Sequence record: MH243438.1
DNA length: 64,000 nt
Reading direction: 5' to 3' (one strand)
DNA from: Escherichia phage vB_EcoM_NBG1
Numbering within the stretch: position 1 is the first letter of the stretch; each line of letters begins with the position of its first letter. The notes under the pieces are model-generated. The model saw only the letters and a list, made by a program, of their open reading frames with translations. It made no database searches and had not been told where the DNA came from. Positions 1 through 9,788 of the stretch are shown here, piece by piece. Both the position numbers and the translations under genes were made by a program.

Positions 1-57
1 AAGAAGAGTCGAAAGAGGCTCGTTTCCAAGACCCCGACCAAGAACAAGAGGATTTTT
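1..57 (+). CDS. Probable 3' end of portal gene 20 (partial, runs off window start)
   Basis: Open frame from position 3 ending in TAA at 55-57, acidic tail EESKEARFQDPDQEQEDF; sits where gene 20 precedes gene 67 in T4 order. Identity is by position only. Confidence 0.3.
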
Positions 58-58
58 A

Positions 59-295
59 ATGGACGATTTAATTCAAGCTATTAAATCAAACGACCTCGTT
101 GCTACTCGAAAGTTTTTTGAAAGTGCAATGGCAGAAAAAACGGTTCGTTTGATTGAAGCACGCAAAGCAGAAATCGCTTCTCAATTTTTGATTGAAGGCG
201 AAGAACCTGAAGAAGAAAAGAAAGCTAAAGCTTCGGAAGACGACGCTGATGAAGGCGATGACGACGAAGACGATGATGATGAGGACGATGAATAA
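59..295 (+). CDS. 67: Prohead core protein gp67
   Basis: 78 aa with poly-acidic C-terminus ([12 protein letters not shown]); size and position before gp68 match T4 gp67; stop overlaps gp68 ATG. Confidence 0.85.
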   Translation: MDDLIQAIKSNDLVATRKFFESAMAEKTVRLIEARKAEIASQFLIEGEEPEEEKKAKASEDDADEGDDDEDDDDEDDE

Positions 296-720
296 TGTAT
301 CTTATCCCTGAATCTTATGAATTGGTACTCGAAAATGTCGAAGCACTTATTCCTGAAGCACAGGGCCGAATCGATGCATTGTCTTCTGCTCTCGATATTG
401 ACGATATAAATACTATTATCGAGAACATGCTTGAAACTGAAACGGATTTAGCTGTTGCAATGGCTTCCATTATTAATGAAGAACAGTTAAATGAGTTTAT
501 CGTTAAACATGTTTCTTCTCGTGGTGAAGTCACCCGCACTAAAGACCGTAAAACTCGTGAACGTAACGCGTTCCAAACAACTGGTCTTTCTAAAGCAAAA
601 CGTAGACAAATCGCTCGTAAGGTCGTTAAAGCTAAAAAAGCTAACCCTTCAGGCCAAGTTAAAGGCTTGCGTAAGCGTAAAAAGGCTCTTAAACGTCGTA
701 AAGCATTAGGATTAAGCTAA
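295..720 (+). CDS. 68: Prohead core protein gp68
   Basis: 141 aa, basic C-terminus, same length as T4 gp68, synteny 67-68-21. Confidence 0.85.
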   Translation: MYLIPESYELVLENVEALIPEAQGRIDALSSALDIDDINTIIENMLETETDLAVAMASIINEEQLNEFIVKHVSSRGEVTRTKDRKTRERNAFQTTGLSKAKRRQIARKVVKAKKANPSGQVKGLRKRKKALKRRKALGLS

Positions 721-1361
721 TGAATAAACCCGAGTTACTTATTGAAACTTGGGGTCAACCCGGTGAGATTATTGATGGCGTTCCAATGTTGGAATCTCAT
801 GATGGAAAAGATTCTGGCTTAAAACCAGGGCTTTATATAGAAGGTATTTTTCTTCAGGCAGAGGTTGTTAACCGAAATAAACGTTTATATCCTAAACGCG
901 TTTTGGAAAAAGCAGTAAGTGACTATATTAAAGAACAAGTCGCAACCAAACAAGCCCTTGGAGAATTAAACCATCCACCTCGTGCAAATGTTGACCCTAT
1001 GCAAGCCGCTATCATTATTGAAGATATGTGGTGGAAAGGAAACGATGTATATGGACGTGCTAGAATTATTGAAGGCGACCATGGTCCCGGCGATAAATTA
1101 GCTGCTAATATACGAGCTGGTTGGATTCCAGGTGTTTCCTCTCGTGGTCTTGGTTCTTTAACCGACACCAATAAAGGGTACCGTATCGTGAACGAAGGAT
1201 TTAAATTAACCGTCGGCGTAGATGCCGTATGGGGACCTTCTGCTCCAGATGCTTGGGTTACTCCTAAACAAATATCAGAATCAGAAAATTCGGTGGAAAC
1301 CACCAAAAACAGTGCTGATGAAGCATTTAAAGCTCTCGCAGAGAGTTTAAAAGCATTATAA
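720..1361 (+). CDS. 21: Prohead core scaffold protein and protease gp21
   Basis: 213 aa; N-terminus [31 protein letters not shown] matches remembered T4 gp21. Confidence 0.95.
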   Translation: MNKPELLIETWGQPGEIIDGVPMLESHDGKDSGLKPGLYIEGIFLQAEVVNRNKRLYPKRVLEKAVSDYIKEQVATKQALGELNHPPRANVDPMQAAIIIEDMWWKGNDVYGRARIIEGDHGPGDKLAANIRAGWIPGVSSRGLGSLTDTNKGYRIVNEGFKLTVGVDAVWGPSAPDAWVTPKQISESENSVETTKNSADEAFKALAESLKAL

Positions 1362-1364
1362 ATA
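1357..1364 (+). promoter_or_regulatory. T4-type late promoter (TATAAATA) upstream of gene 22
   Basis: Exact TATAAATA about 30 nt upstream of the gene 22 ATG. Confidence 0.7.
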
Positions 1365-1394
1365 ATAATGTAATCTAAACCACAGGACACTAAA

Positions 1395-2207
1395 ATGATC
1401 AAAGAACAACTTTTGAAAGAAGCTCAGAACATCGAGACTTCAGTTGCTCTTAATAGTGTTTTCGAATCAGTAGAACTGTCTCCGGACGTTAAAGCTAATT
1501 TCAGCACTGTATTCGAAGCCACCGTTAAGCAGGAAGCAGTCAAGCTGGCTGAATCTCATATCAAAGCCATCGCCGAAAAAGCCGAAGAAGAAGTTGAAAA
1601 GGCTAAAGAAGATGCTGAAGAGAAAGCTGATAAAAAATTGGCTGAACAAGCTTCTAAATTCCTAGACCATCTTGCAAAAGAATGGCTCGCAGAAAACCAA
1701 ATCGCAGTTGATAAAGGCATTAAAGCTGATTTGTTCGAATCCATGCTTGGTGGTCTGAAAGAACTGTTTGTTGAACATAACGTTGTTGTTCCAGAAGAAT
1801 CTGTAGATGTTGTAGCAGAAATGGAAGAAGAGCTGGCCGAACATAAAGAAGAAACCGCTCGTTTGTTCGAAGAAGTTACCAAACGTGATGCATATATCAA
1901 TTACGTTCAGCGTGAAACCGCTATTAATGAAAGCGTAAAAGACCTGACTGAATCTCAGAAAGAAAAAGTTATTGGCCTAGTTGAAGGTATGGATTATTCT
2001 GACGCATTTGGTACTAAGTTAACTGCTATTGTAGAAATGGTTAAAGGTTCTACTAAAGAAGAAGCCGCTATTACCGAAAGTATAAATACAGTTGACAATG
2101 ACGCTGCCGGTCTTAATTTTGTTGCCGAAGCAGTTGACACTACCACAACTCAGGTAGAACAGAATTCTAATGTAAGTTTATATGCGAAAGTCGCATCTCG
2201 TTTCTAA
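1395..2207 (+). CDS. 22: Prohead core scaffold protein gp22
   Basis: 270 aa acidic coiled-coil-like protein; size and position match T4 gp22; TATAAATA late promoter upstream. Confidence 0.9.
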   Translation: MIKEQLLKEAQNIETSVALNSVFESVELSPDVKANFSTVFEATVKQEAVKLAESHIKAIAEKAEEEVEKAKEDAEEKADKKLAEQASKFLDHLAKEWLAENQIAVDKGIKADLFESMLGGLKELFVEHNVVVPEESVDVVAEMEEELAEHKEETARLFEEVTKRDAYINYVQRETAINESVKDLTESQKEKVIGLVEGMDYSDAFGTKLTAIVEMVKGSTKEEAAITESINTVDNDAAGLNFVAEAVDTTTTQVEQNSNVSLYAKVASRF

Positions 2208-2224
2208 TTTAAAGGTTAACACAA

Positions 2225-3793
2225 ATGACTACTATCAAAACTAAAGCTCAGCTCGTAGACAAATGGAAAGAACTGCTGGAAGGTGAAGGCCTGCCGGAAA
2301 TCGCTAATAGCAAGCAGGCTATTATCGCTAAAATCTTCGAAAACCAGGAAAAAGATTTCGAAGTATCCCCTGAATATAAAGACGAGAAAATCGCTCAGGC
2401 ATTTGGTTCTTTCTTGACCGAAGCTGAAATTGGTGGTGACCATGGTTATAATGCTCAGAACATCGCAGCGGGTCAAACCTCTGGTGCAGTAACCCAAATT
2501 GGGCCGGCAGTTATGGGTATGGTTCGTCGTGCTATTCCTAATCTGATCGCTTTTGATATTTGTGGTGTTCAGCCTATGAACAGCCCGACCGGTCAGGTAT
2601 TTGCTCTCCGTGCAGTATATGGTAAAGACCCTATCGCTGCTGGCGCTAAAGAAGCTTTCCATCCGATGTATGCTCCAGATGCGATGTTCTCTGGTCAGGG
2701 TGCTGCTAAGAAATTCCCAGCTCTGGCTGCTGACACTACTACTGTTGTAGGTGATATCTATACTCACTTCTTCCAAGAAACTGGTACTGTATATCTGCAA
2801 GCTTCTGCTGTCGTAACACTTGATTCTGGTGCAACTGATGCAGCTAAATTAGATGCAGAAGTTAAGAAACAAATGGAAGCTGGTGCACTGGTAGAAATCG
2901 CTGAAGGTATGGCTACTTCTATCGCTGAACTCCAGGAAGGTTTCAACGGTTCTACCGATAACCCATGGAATGAAATGGGCTTCCGTATCGATAAACAAGT
3001 TATTGAAGCTAAATCTCGCCAGCTGAAAGCTGCTTACTCTATCGAATTAGCACAAGACCTCCGTGCAGTACACGGTATGGATGCTGATGCTGAACTGAGC
3101 GGTATTCTTGCTACTGAAATTATGCTGGAAATCAACCGTGAAGTTGTTGATTGGATTAACTACTCGGCACAGGTTGGTAAATCTGGTATGACCCTGACTC
3201 CGGGTTCTAAAGCTGGTGTATTTGACTTCCAGGACCCGATTGATATCCGTGGTGCTCGTTGGGCCGGTGAAAGCTTTAAATCTCTGTTGTTCCAGATTGA
3301 TAAAGAAGCAGTTGAAATTGCTCGTCAAACCGGTCGTGGTGAAGGTAACTTCATTATCGCTTCCCGTAACGTAGTTAACGTACTGGCTTCAGTTGATACT
3401 GGTATTTCTTACGCTGCACAGGGTCTGGCTTCTGGTTTTAATACCGACACTACTAAGTCTGTATTTGCCGGTGTACTTGGTGGTAAATACCGCGTATACA
3501 TCGACCAGTATGCTAAACAGGATTACTTCACCGTTGGTTACAAAGGCGCTAACGAAATGGATGCAGGTATTTACTATGCTCCTTACGTTGCACTTACCCC
3601 ACTGCGTGGTTCTGATCCTAAGAACTTCCAGCCGGTAATGGGCTTTAAAACTCGTTACGGTATCGGTGTTAACCCGTTTGCTGAAAGTTCCCTGCAGGCT
3701 CCAGGTGCTCGCATCCAGTCCGGTATGCCGTCTATCCTGAACAGCCTTGGTAAGAACGCTTACTTCCGCCGTGTATATGTAAAAGGCATCTAA
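2225..3793 (+). CDS. 23: Major capsid protein gp23
   Basis: 522 aa; matches T4 gp23 in length and sequence character; strong codon bias; terminator hairpin downstream. Confidence 0.97.
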   Translation: MTTIKTKAQLVDKWKELLEGEGLPEIANSKQAIIAKIFENQEKDFEVSPEYKDEKIAQAFGSFLTEAEIGGDHGYNAQNIAAGQTSGAVTQIGPAVMGMVRRAIPNLIAFDICGVQPMNSPTGQVFALRAVYGKDPIAAGAKEAFHPMYAPDAMFSGQGAAKKFPALAADTTTVVGDIYTHFFQETGTVYLQASAVVTLDSGATDAAKLDAEVKKQMEAGALVEIAEGMATSIAELQEGFNGSTDNPWNEMGFRIDKQVIEAKSRQLKAAYSIELAQDLRAVHGMDADAELSGILATEIMLEINREVVDWINYSAQVGKSGMTLTPGSKAGVFDFQDPIDIRGARWAGESFKSLLFQIDKEAVEIARQTGRGEGNFIIASRNVVNVLASVDTGISYAAQGLASGFNTDTTKSVFAGVLGGKYRVYIDQYAKQDYFTVGYKGANEMDAGIYYAPYVALTPLRGSDPKNFQPVMGFKTRYGIGVNPFAESSLQAPGARIQSGMPSILNSLGKNAYFRRVYVKGI

Positions 3794-3817
3794 TCTTAAT
3801 TGATTAAATCTTATTTT

Positions 3818-3846
3818 GGGAGACTTCGGTCTCCCATTTTTGGTTT
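3818..3846 (+). terminator. Rho-independent terminator after gene 23
   Basis: Hairpin GGGAGAC-TTCG-GTCTCCC followed by a T-run. Confidence 0.8.
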
Positions 3847-4115
3847 TATTTCTGTGCAATTTCGATGTAAGTTTTCAAAATATTTTGCCAATTAGGCATA
3901 CCTTCTTGGACATATGCTGGAGAACCGTCTTTGTTTTTGAATGATGCAAGTTTATCAGTGGCCCAATAACCTTTAGCTCGAGCTTCAGAATCAACTTTCA
4001 TCCATACTTTGTTGAAGGCATTACCATTAACTTTTGCACCGTATTTTTCTACTAACTTAACTGCTTCAGCTTCCAGAACTTTTAAAGTATCTCGTAAGAA
4101 ACGTGCTTTAGTCAT
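3846..4115 (-). CDS. Hypothetical early protein in the slot occupied by segD in T4
   Basis: 89 aa ORF on - strand between genes 23 and 24, preceded by a T4-type early promoter at 4144-4176; no GIY-YIG or other motif recognised. Confidence 0.55.
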   Translation of the reverse strand: MTKARFLRDTLKVLEAEAVKLVEKYGAKVNGNAFNKVWMKVDSEARAKGYWATDKLASFKNKDGSPAYVQEGMPNWQNILKTYIEIAQK

Positions 4116-4143
4116 TTTGTTTACTCCTCTGTAGTTGATAAGT

Positions 4144-4176
4144 CTATAGTATCACATACCAAATACGTTGTAAACA
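4144..4176 (-). promoter_or_regulatory. T4-type early promoter
   Basis: On the - strand: GTTTAC -35, 17 nt spacer, extended -10 (tgtGATACTATAG); upstream of the 89 aa ORF. Confidence 0.6.
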
Positions 4177-4181
4177 ATCTT

Positions 4182-4189
4182 TATAAATA
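4182..4189 (+). promoter_or_regulatory. T4-type late promoter (TATAAATA) upstream of gene 24
   Basis: Exact TATAAATA 28 nt upstream of the gene 24 ATG. Confidence 0.7.
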
Positions 4190-4216
4190 ATCTATATCAC
4201 ATAAGGAAAAAATGCA

Positions 4217-5500
4217 ATGAGTAAAATCCAAAAATTATTGCGTGAATCTACAACGTCTACTAGCAACTCAATCGGTCGCCCAAATCTCGTTGCTTTGACT
4301 CGCGCTACGACTAAATTAATATATTCTGACATTGTAGCAACACAAAGAACTAATCAACCTGTTGCTGCTTTTTATGGTATCAAATATCTTAACCCAGACA
4401 ACGAATTAACATTTAAAACTGGTGCTACTTATGCAGGTGAAGCTGGATATGTAGACCGAGAAAAAATTACCGAACTCACAGAAGAATCAAAAGTCACATT
4501 AAATAAAGGCGATTTTTTCAAATATAATAATATCGTCTATAAAGTGTTAGAAGATACGCCATTTGCAGATATTCAAGAAAGTGATCTAGAATTAGCTCTT
4601 CAGATTGCAGTCGTTCATTTAAAGGTACGGTTATTTTCAGATGCAGCGGTAACAAGCAAATTTGAAAGCTCTGGTAGCGAAATTTCTGATGCAAGATTCC
4701 AGATTAATAAATGGCAAACTTCAGTCAAATCTCGTAAACTTAAAACCGGCCTCACGGTTGAATTAGCGCAAGATTTGGAAGCGAATGGATTTGATGCCCC
4801 TAACTTCTTAGAAGATTTGCTTGCTACTGAAATGGCTGATGAAATTAATAAAGATATTCTTCAGTCTTTAATTACTGTATCGAAACGTTATAAAGTTACT
4901 GGAATTACTGATACCGGATTTATTGACTTGAGCTATGCGTCTGCTCCAGAAGCAGGTCGTTCATTATACCGAATGGTATGCGAAATGGTTTCGCATATCC
5001 AAAAAGAGTCAACTTATACTGCAACGTTTTGCGTAGCCTCAGCTCGTGCAGCTGCTATTCTTGCTGCTTCTGGTTGGTTAAAACATAAGCCAGAAGATGA
5101 CAAGTATCTTTCACAAAATGCTTATGGATTCTTGGCAAATGGATTACCTCTTTACTGCGATACCAACAGTCCGTTAGATTATGTTATTGTGGGTGTTGTA
5201 GAAAATATCGGCGAAAAAGAAATTGTAGGGTCCATCTTTTATGCTCCATACACTGAAGGAGTAGATTTAGATGACCCGGAACATGTTGGTGCATTTAAAG
5301 TTGTAGTTGATCCAGAAAGCTTGCAACCGTCTATCGGATTATTGGTTAGATATGCTTTATCAGCAAATCCTTACACAGTAGCAAAAGACGAAAAAGAAGC
5401 GAGAGTAATTGATGGCGGGGACATGGATAAAATGGCAGGACGTTCAGACTTGTCTGTTTTACTCGGTGTTAAATTGCCTAAAATTATTATAGATGAATAA
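4217..5500 (+). CDS. 24: Capsid vertex protein gp24
   Basis: 427 aa, same length as T4 gp24; TATAAATA at 4182-4189 upstream. Confidence 0.95.
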   Translation: MSKIQKLLRESTTSTSNSIGRPNLVALTRATTKLIYSDIVATQRTNQPVAAFYGIKYLNPDNELTFKTGATYAGEAGYVDREKITELTEESKVTLNKGDFFKYNNIVYKVLEDTPFADIQESDLELALQIAVVHLKVRLFSDAAVTSKFESSGSEISDARFQINKWQTSVKSRKLKTGLTVELAQDLEANGFDAPNFLEDLLATEMADEINKDILQSLITVSKRYKVTGITDTGFIDLSYASAPEAGRSLYRMVCEMVSHIQKESTYTATFCVASARAAAILAASGWLKHKPEDDKYLSQNAYGFLANGLPLYCDTNSPLDYVIVGVVENIGEKEIVGSIFYAPYTEGVDLDDPEHVGAFKVVVDPESLQPSIGLLVRYALSANPYTVAKDEKEARVIDGGDMDKMAGRSDLSVLLGVKLPKIIIDE

Positions 5501-5502
5501 AC

Positions 5503-5530
5503 GAAAAAGGGACCGTAAGGTCCCTTTTTC
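5503..5530. terminator. Bidirectional terminator between gene 24 and rnlB
   Basis: Hairpin GGGACC-GTAA-GGTCCC flanked by an A-run and a T-run, between convergent genes. Confidence 0.75.
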
Positions 5531-5531
5531 G

Positions 5532-6530
5532 TTATGATACTAATTCAATCCATGCAGGACGCAGAACATCTTGCACCATTCGGACTAATTCTTTCTTAAC
5601 AAGATTCGGATTATCGGATGATGTTAATACAATACCTTCACGAGAAGTTTCTTCCAGAATATCTTGAACAGTCAATCCCATCACTTTGCCAAAATCTTTT
5701 GGCGTTACAGTCCCAATCTTAGAAATCACATTATTAACACGATTTAATGTAACATAACAAGCTAGAACATCAAGCAAGTTTTTGTCAATTTCGGTTAATG
5801 GAACCTGAGTTTTAATAGGCTTATCAGACTTTTTCTTTTCACTGAATTTAGAGTTCTTGCACTTAATAGCTACACGAGTACCGTTTGGCAGCCATTTAGG
5901 GAAACAAGGCTTCAGAACATAACCTTCTGCTGTATTATCGCCAATAACATTAGCATCAAATACACAATTATTTGCTTCTACAAGGTCTTCTGACGCAGTA
6001 GCATTATAAGCGGCTAAGACGGAATCAAGGTCATTTGGAATCGTGATAAGAGCATCGAATGTTCCACGACCGAGCATTGGTGCCATTTTAAAACCGAATT
6101 CATTACAGAAATCTTGCATTTCGTAATCGGTCAAATACGTATTATCACCACTTTCTGTATTGATAAGGATATCGAACACATAAAAATCTTTTTCACCGTA
6201 GTCAACACCTTTCTGGATTCCACCACCAGCGAATTCACCGAATACTTGATATGATACGGCTCGAGCTGTGTACATGAATTCCTGAACGGCTTTAATAGCT
6301 TTATCATACTTCTTAAGTACGATTTCATAACCATAAAAATCTTCTGCTGGAAGAATAGGGCCTGTGCGCTTGGCGCATGTGACGTTGTCACGTTCAATTA
6401 TTAACGAGAAGTTAGTCCCATGGATTTTCTCACGTGCTACCCAAACACCAGTAGTCAAACCATTAGTGTAGAGTTTTTCAATAACCTTAGAGTTGTAGTG
6501 GTTTTCAAGACTGCTGTATTTCTTAAACAT
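5532..6530 (-). CDS. rnlB: RNA ligase 2
   Basis: 332 aa; [14 protein letters not shown]...KIHGTNFS (nucleotidyltransferase KxHG motif I) and C-terminus [11 protein letters not shown] match remembered T4 Rnl2. Confidence 0.95.
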   Translation of the reverse strand: MFKKYSSLENHYNSKVIEKLYTNGLTTGVWVAREKIHGTNFSLIIERDNVTCAKRTGPILPAEDFYGYEIVLKKYDKAIKAVQEFMYTARAVSYQVFGEFAGGGIQKGVDYGEKDFYVFDILINTESGDNTYLTDYEMQDFCNEFGFKMAPMLGRGTFDALITIPNDLDSVLAAYNATASEDLVEANNCVFDANVIGDNTAEGYVLKPCFPKWLPNGTRVAIKCKNSKFSEKKKSDKPIKTQVPLTEIDKNLLDVLACYVTLNRVNNVISKIGTVTPKDFGKVMGLTVQDILEETSREGIVLTSSDNPNLVKKELVRMVQDVLRPAWIELVS

Positions 6531-6649
6531 AAATCACCATTATAAATAATAATATCAAAATAATTAGCAGAGACTCTATCTCCGACCCGATGTTTAATTT
6601 GAATGGATAGAACCTAGATTCATTATACCATCAAAAAATGTAAAGCATA

Positions 6650-6901
6650 TTAGAACTTGATTTCTATCCAATGACCATCACGCTGGTCGTGATTAATTTT
6701 GTACTGAAAGCCGTTATCACGAAGCCATTGACCGACTTGTTCAGTTATAGTTAAATCGTTCTTTGACGGGTAGTACGTGAATTGTGTCTGGCCTTTGTCA
6801 GCGGCTTTCTCTGCCATCACAGAGAAGTTAGTAATAAAATCACTCAACAAATTAGCTTTAGTGGCCAGTGCCCTTTCTCTTAATTCCTGTGCAAAACTCA
6901 T
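6650..6901 (-). CDS. Hypothetical protein (T4 24.2 position)
   Basis: 83 aa ORF between rnlB and hoc; overlaps next ORF by 4 nt, suggesting coupling. Confidence 0.5.
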   Translation of the reverse strand: MSFAQELRERALATKANLLSDFITNFSVMAEKAADKGQTQFTYYPSKNDLTITEQVGQWLRDNGFQYKINHDQRDGHWIEIKF

Positions 6902-7098
6902 TTCTTCACCTTTTTGTTAATCAAACGTTTACGGTATACAACTTTTTCTTTTGCTTTAAACTTTGACCGAGCTGTCTCGGCTTTAGTCCATAGTAATCCA
7001 ACTTCTTTAGGTTGTAAACCAATTTTTTGAGCAATTTCTACGAATGAAAATCCCGCCTCATGTAATGTATAAACTTCAACTTCAGCTCTCATAATCAA
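6898..7098 (-). CDS. Hypothetical small basic protein with possible helix-turn-helix (T4 24.3 position)
   Basis: 66 aa; segment GFSFVEIAQKIGLQPKEV resembles an HTH; lysine-rich C-terminus. Confidence 0.45.
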   Translation of the reverse strand: MIMRAEVEVYTLHEAGFSFVEIAQKIGLQPKEVGLLWTKAETARSKFKAKEKVVYRKRLINKKVKK

Positions 7099-7161
7099 TC
7101 CCGTATTATTTGGTTTGTGCCATTATATACATCAATCTCAAGTTGTGTTTTGTATGCTTTA

Positions 7162-7190
7162 AAAACGAAGAAAGGGGCCGAAGCCCCTTA
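7162..7190 (-). terminator. Terminator after hoc
   Basis: Hairpin GGGGC-TTCG-GCCCC with T-rich tail on the - strand, immediately after the hoc stop. Confidence 0.65.
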
Positions 7191-7193
7191 CGA

Positions 7194-8324
7194 TTATGGA
7201 TATGTATAGATGATACCAGTTTCCAAAGCAGTTTTATGGATGATGTATCCATTACGTGATTCTTGAACATCAACTTCCGGATAGTCTTTCATCATCTTCT
7301 GAAGAGTGTAACGATGCAGGTAGTATTTACTATCTGGATCTTCAGTTTTCCAATCTTTACCTTCTTCAGTCATTTTTTGGATTTCATCCATAACCCACCA
7401 TCCGCACCAGATGTAAGCTGAAGTACGATGTGGAAGAGGATGAACATAAGGTAATTCACCTTCTGGTTCCGGAGCAACTTTATCAGTTACCTGAACTTGA
7501 CCTTCTGCTGTAATAGTTTTGCTATCGTAATCAGTTGCAGTAATAGTTGCAGTAACTTCAATAGTTTGACTTCCAATAGACGAGGTATCAACGGTATATA
7601 CATTAGTTGACCCTTCTACAGGAGAAGAATCTTTCTTCCATGAATACGCAATTTGCGCTTCTTCTGGAGCATCAGTGACATTAGCGGTAAATGTAGCCGA
7701 AGCATCTTGCTGAACGTTAATAGAAGGAGGAGTCAATGTAACCTGTGGATTCATTGTCTTCTTATTAACCGTTAATGATACTTCATTCGAAGTAACTTCC
7801 TTTGCATCATAATCTGTCGCGGTTACTTGGGCTACACATTTAATTCTTTTTACTCCACTTGCAGTTGGAGTATAGCTAAATGTAGAGTTAGTTTCTCCAC
7901 CAACCTGTGAATCATCTACATACCACTGATACGTAGCAGATGCGCCTGATGGCTGCGAAGCCAAAGCAGCGGTAAATTCAACAGCTGTTCCAATCACTCC
8001 AGCCGCAGGACTAGCAGGAGTTACGGCTAAGGTAGTCGTCTGTGTCTTATTTTGAACTGTGATAGTCGTAGTAATTTCTGCTGTTTCAGCGTCAGTATCA
8101 GGAATAGTATTTGTTGCAACAACTTTAATTGTTTTTGTTCCAGCAGGTCCTTTTAACACGTAATCAAAAGTTTCTGCCGATCCTACTTGAGGAGCATCGT
8201 CTACACTCCATGCATAGGTAATAGTTCCACCTTCAGTTTGACCACTGGGTGCAGCAGTAAACTGCTTAGTCTCATCTATAACTCCAGTAGGTGTTTTAGG
8301 AGTTATATCAACTGTAAAAGCCAT
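7194..8324 (-). CDS. hoc: Highly immunogenic outer capsid protein Hoc
   Basis: 376 aa (same as T4 Hoc); Thr/Ser-rich repeated beta-rich segments consistent with tandem Ig-like domains; terminator hairpin immediately downstream. Confidence 0.9.
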   Translation of the reverse strand: MAFTVDITPKTPTGVIDETKQFTAAPSGQTEGGTITYAWSVDDAPQVGSAETFDYVLKGPAGTKTIKVVATNTIPDTDAETAEITTTITVQNKTQTTTLAVTPASPAAGVIGTAVEFTAALASQPSGASATYQWYVDDSQVGGETNSTFSYTPTASGVKRIKCVAQVTATDYDAKEVTSNEVSLTVNKKTMNPQVTLTPPSINVQQDASATFTANVTDAPEEAQIAYSWKKDSSPVEGSTNVYTVDTSSIGSQTIEVTATITATDYDSKTITAEGQVQVTDKVAPEPEGELPYVHPLPHRTSAYIWCGWWVMDEIQKMTEEGKDWKTEDPDSKYYLHRYTLQKMMKDYPEVDVQESRNGYIIHKTALETGIIYTYP

Positions 8325-8333
8325 AAGTTATCC

Positions 8334-9002
8334 TTATTTTAATGTTACGAAAGAAGAATTACGAGTTTCACGAATTAGAACTGATCCATCGCGATTAATA
8401 TAATAAATTAAGCTAAATAATGTTTGGTGAGCAGAAGCGTGCACAAAACTGGTTGGGCGAGATTTCCAATCTGGGGTTTCGGCTATCCATTGATAAATCC
8501 ACCAAGGAACAGTAACATATCCTGGGCCTTTGCCTAATTTAATGAGTGTAGGACTAAAATTTTCAGGCAGAACAAATTTTACTTCTTTATTTACCTCTGG
8601 CTCAGGTTCTTTTTCAGATTCAACAACCTGAGTAATTGCTTCTTCGAATTTATCATGGTCGAATTCTTTTTCTTGTTCGACAACTTCTAATACTTCAGCT
8701 TGTTCTGTTGGAGAATCAAACAACAGAATAGCTTCTTCTTTAACTTCTTCGTTGGTGAAATTAACACCGTCCACATCATCTGCGGCAGTAATTAAATCGG
8801 TGATAGATAATCCATCAGTTTCAGGTAATGGTTCATCAGCCAGTGCGTTAAGAGCTTCTTCGATATCAATAACAATATTATCGAATGATTTTGTTTTCTT
8901 AACACTAATGCCAAATTGTTCCGCATATTCAAACAGTTTAGCTTTGGCTTCCTTTTTATCAGAAAGAGCACGTAACTCTTCAATATAGTCTTTATCGATC
9001 AT
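8334..9002 (-). CDS. inh: Inhibitor of prohead protease Inh
   Basis: 222 aa acidic protein next to hoc; size and position match T4 Inh. Confidence 0.8.
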   Translation of the reverse strand: MIDKDYIEELRALSDKKEAKAKLFEYAEQFGISVKKTKSFDNIVIDIEEALNALADEPLPETDGLSITDLITAADDVDGVNFTNEEVKEEAILLFDSPTEQAEVLEVVEQEKEFDHDKFEEAITQVVESEKEPEPEVNKEVKFVLPENFSPTLIKLGKGPGYVTVPWWIYQWIAETPDWKSRPTSFVHASAHQTLFSLIYYINRDGSVLIRETRNSSFVTLK

Positions 9003-9015
9003 GATATTTCCTCAT

Positions 9016-9023
9016 TATAAATA
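9016..9023 (+). promoter_or_regulatory. T4-type late promoter (TATAAATA) upstream of segE/uvsW
   Basis: Exact TATAAATA in the inh-segE intergenic region. Confidence 0.5.
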
Positions 9024-9051
9024 TAACTATATTTATTACATGGAAAAGAGT

Positions 9052-9783
9052 ATGTATCACTTTGTTTATGAGACCGTAAATTTAATCAATGGTAAAAAGT
9101 ACATTGGCAAACATTCTACAGAAAATTTAAATGATTCGTATCTAGGGTCAGGTGTTGCCTTAAATCGCGCTATCAAAAAATACGGAGAAGAATCATTTAA
9201 ACGTTCAATAATTAAACAATTTGAAACTTCCGCTGAAGCTTTAGAATACGAAGCTCAGTTAGTAACAGAGGATTTGGTCAAATCTAACGAGTATTATAAT
9301 ATGCGCCAAGGCGGTGAAGGTGGAAGGTATAAGTACACCGAAGCTGATAAGACTAAAATGTCTAATAGTGCTAAAGAACGAATAAAGAGGCTTGGTCATA
9401 ATCTTTTAGGAAAACACAGATCGGAAGAAACAAAAAGAAAACTATCTGAAACAAATAAACGTCGATACTCTGAAGACCCAACATGCCACGGGCGGTATGG
9501 TACAGGAAAGCCAAAGATTGATAAAATTAAAGGTCCTAAAAATCCTACAACTCTAAATAAAATTTGTGTTAACAACGGTAAAGAAAACAGATTTATATCA
9601 GCTGAGGACCCGATGCCTGAAGGATTTGTAAAAGGAATGGTCCAACTTAATAGAAAATCTAGAAAGGGCTGTGAAGTAAAACCTACGACCACCGGCAGAA
9701 TATGGGTAAATAACGGGGCTATAAATAAATTAGTAAATCCGTTATCCATCCCAGATGGATATGTTAAAGGCCGTTTAAGGTAA
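9052..9783 (+). CDS. segE: GIY-YIG homing endonuclease, SegE-like
   Basis: N-terminal MYHFVYETVNLINGKKYIGKH is a GIY-YIG motif; located between inh and uvsW as segE is in T4. Start set at ATG 9052 (purine-rich SD); the ORF is open from 9001, alternative ATG at 9040. Confidence 0.85.
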   Translation: MYHFVYETVNLINGKKYIGKHSTENLNDSYLGSGVALNRAIKKYGEESFKRSIIKQFETSAEALEYEAQLVTEDLVKSNEYYNMRQGGEGGRYKYTEADKTKMSNSAKERIKRLGHNLLGKHRSEETKRKLSETNKRRYSEDPTCHGRYGTGKPKIDKIKGPKNPTTLNKICVNNGKENRFISAEDPMPEGFVKGMVQLNRKSRKGCEVKPTTTGRIWVNNGAINKLVNPLSIPDGYVKGRLR

Positions 9784-9788
9784 TTATT

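Noticed and set aside
923-1402. 159 aa ORF on the - strand inside gene 21
   Set aside because: Lies antisense within a confidently identified gene; low-complexity translation; typical shadow ORF.
2216-2800. 194 aa ORF on the - strand inside gene 23
   Set aside because: Antisense to the major capsid gene, with no start signals; shadow ORF.
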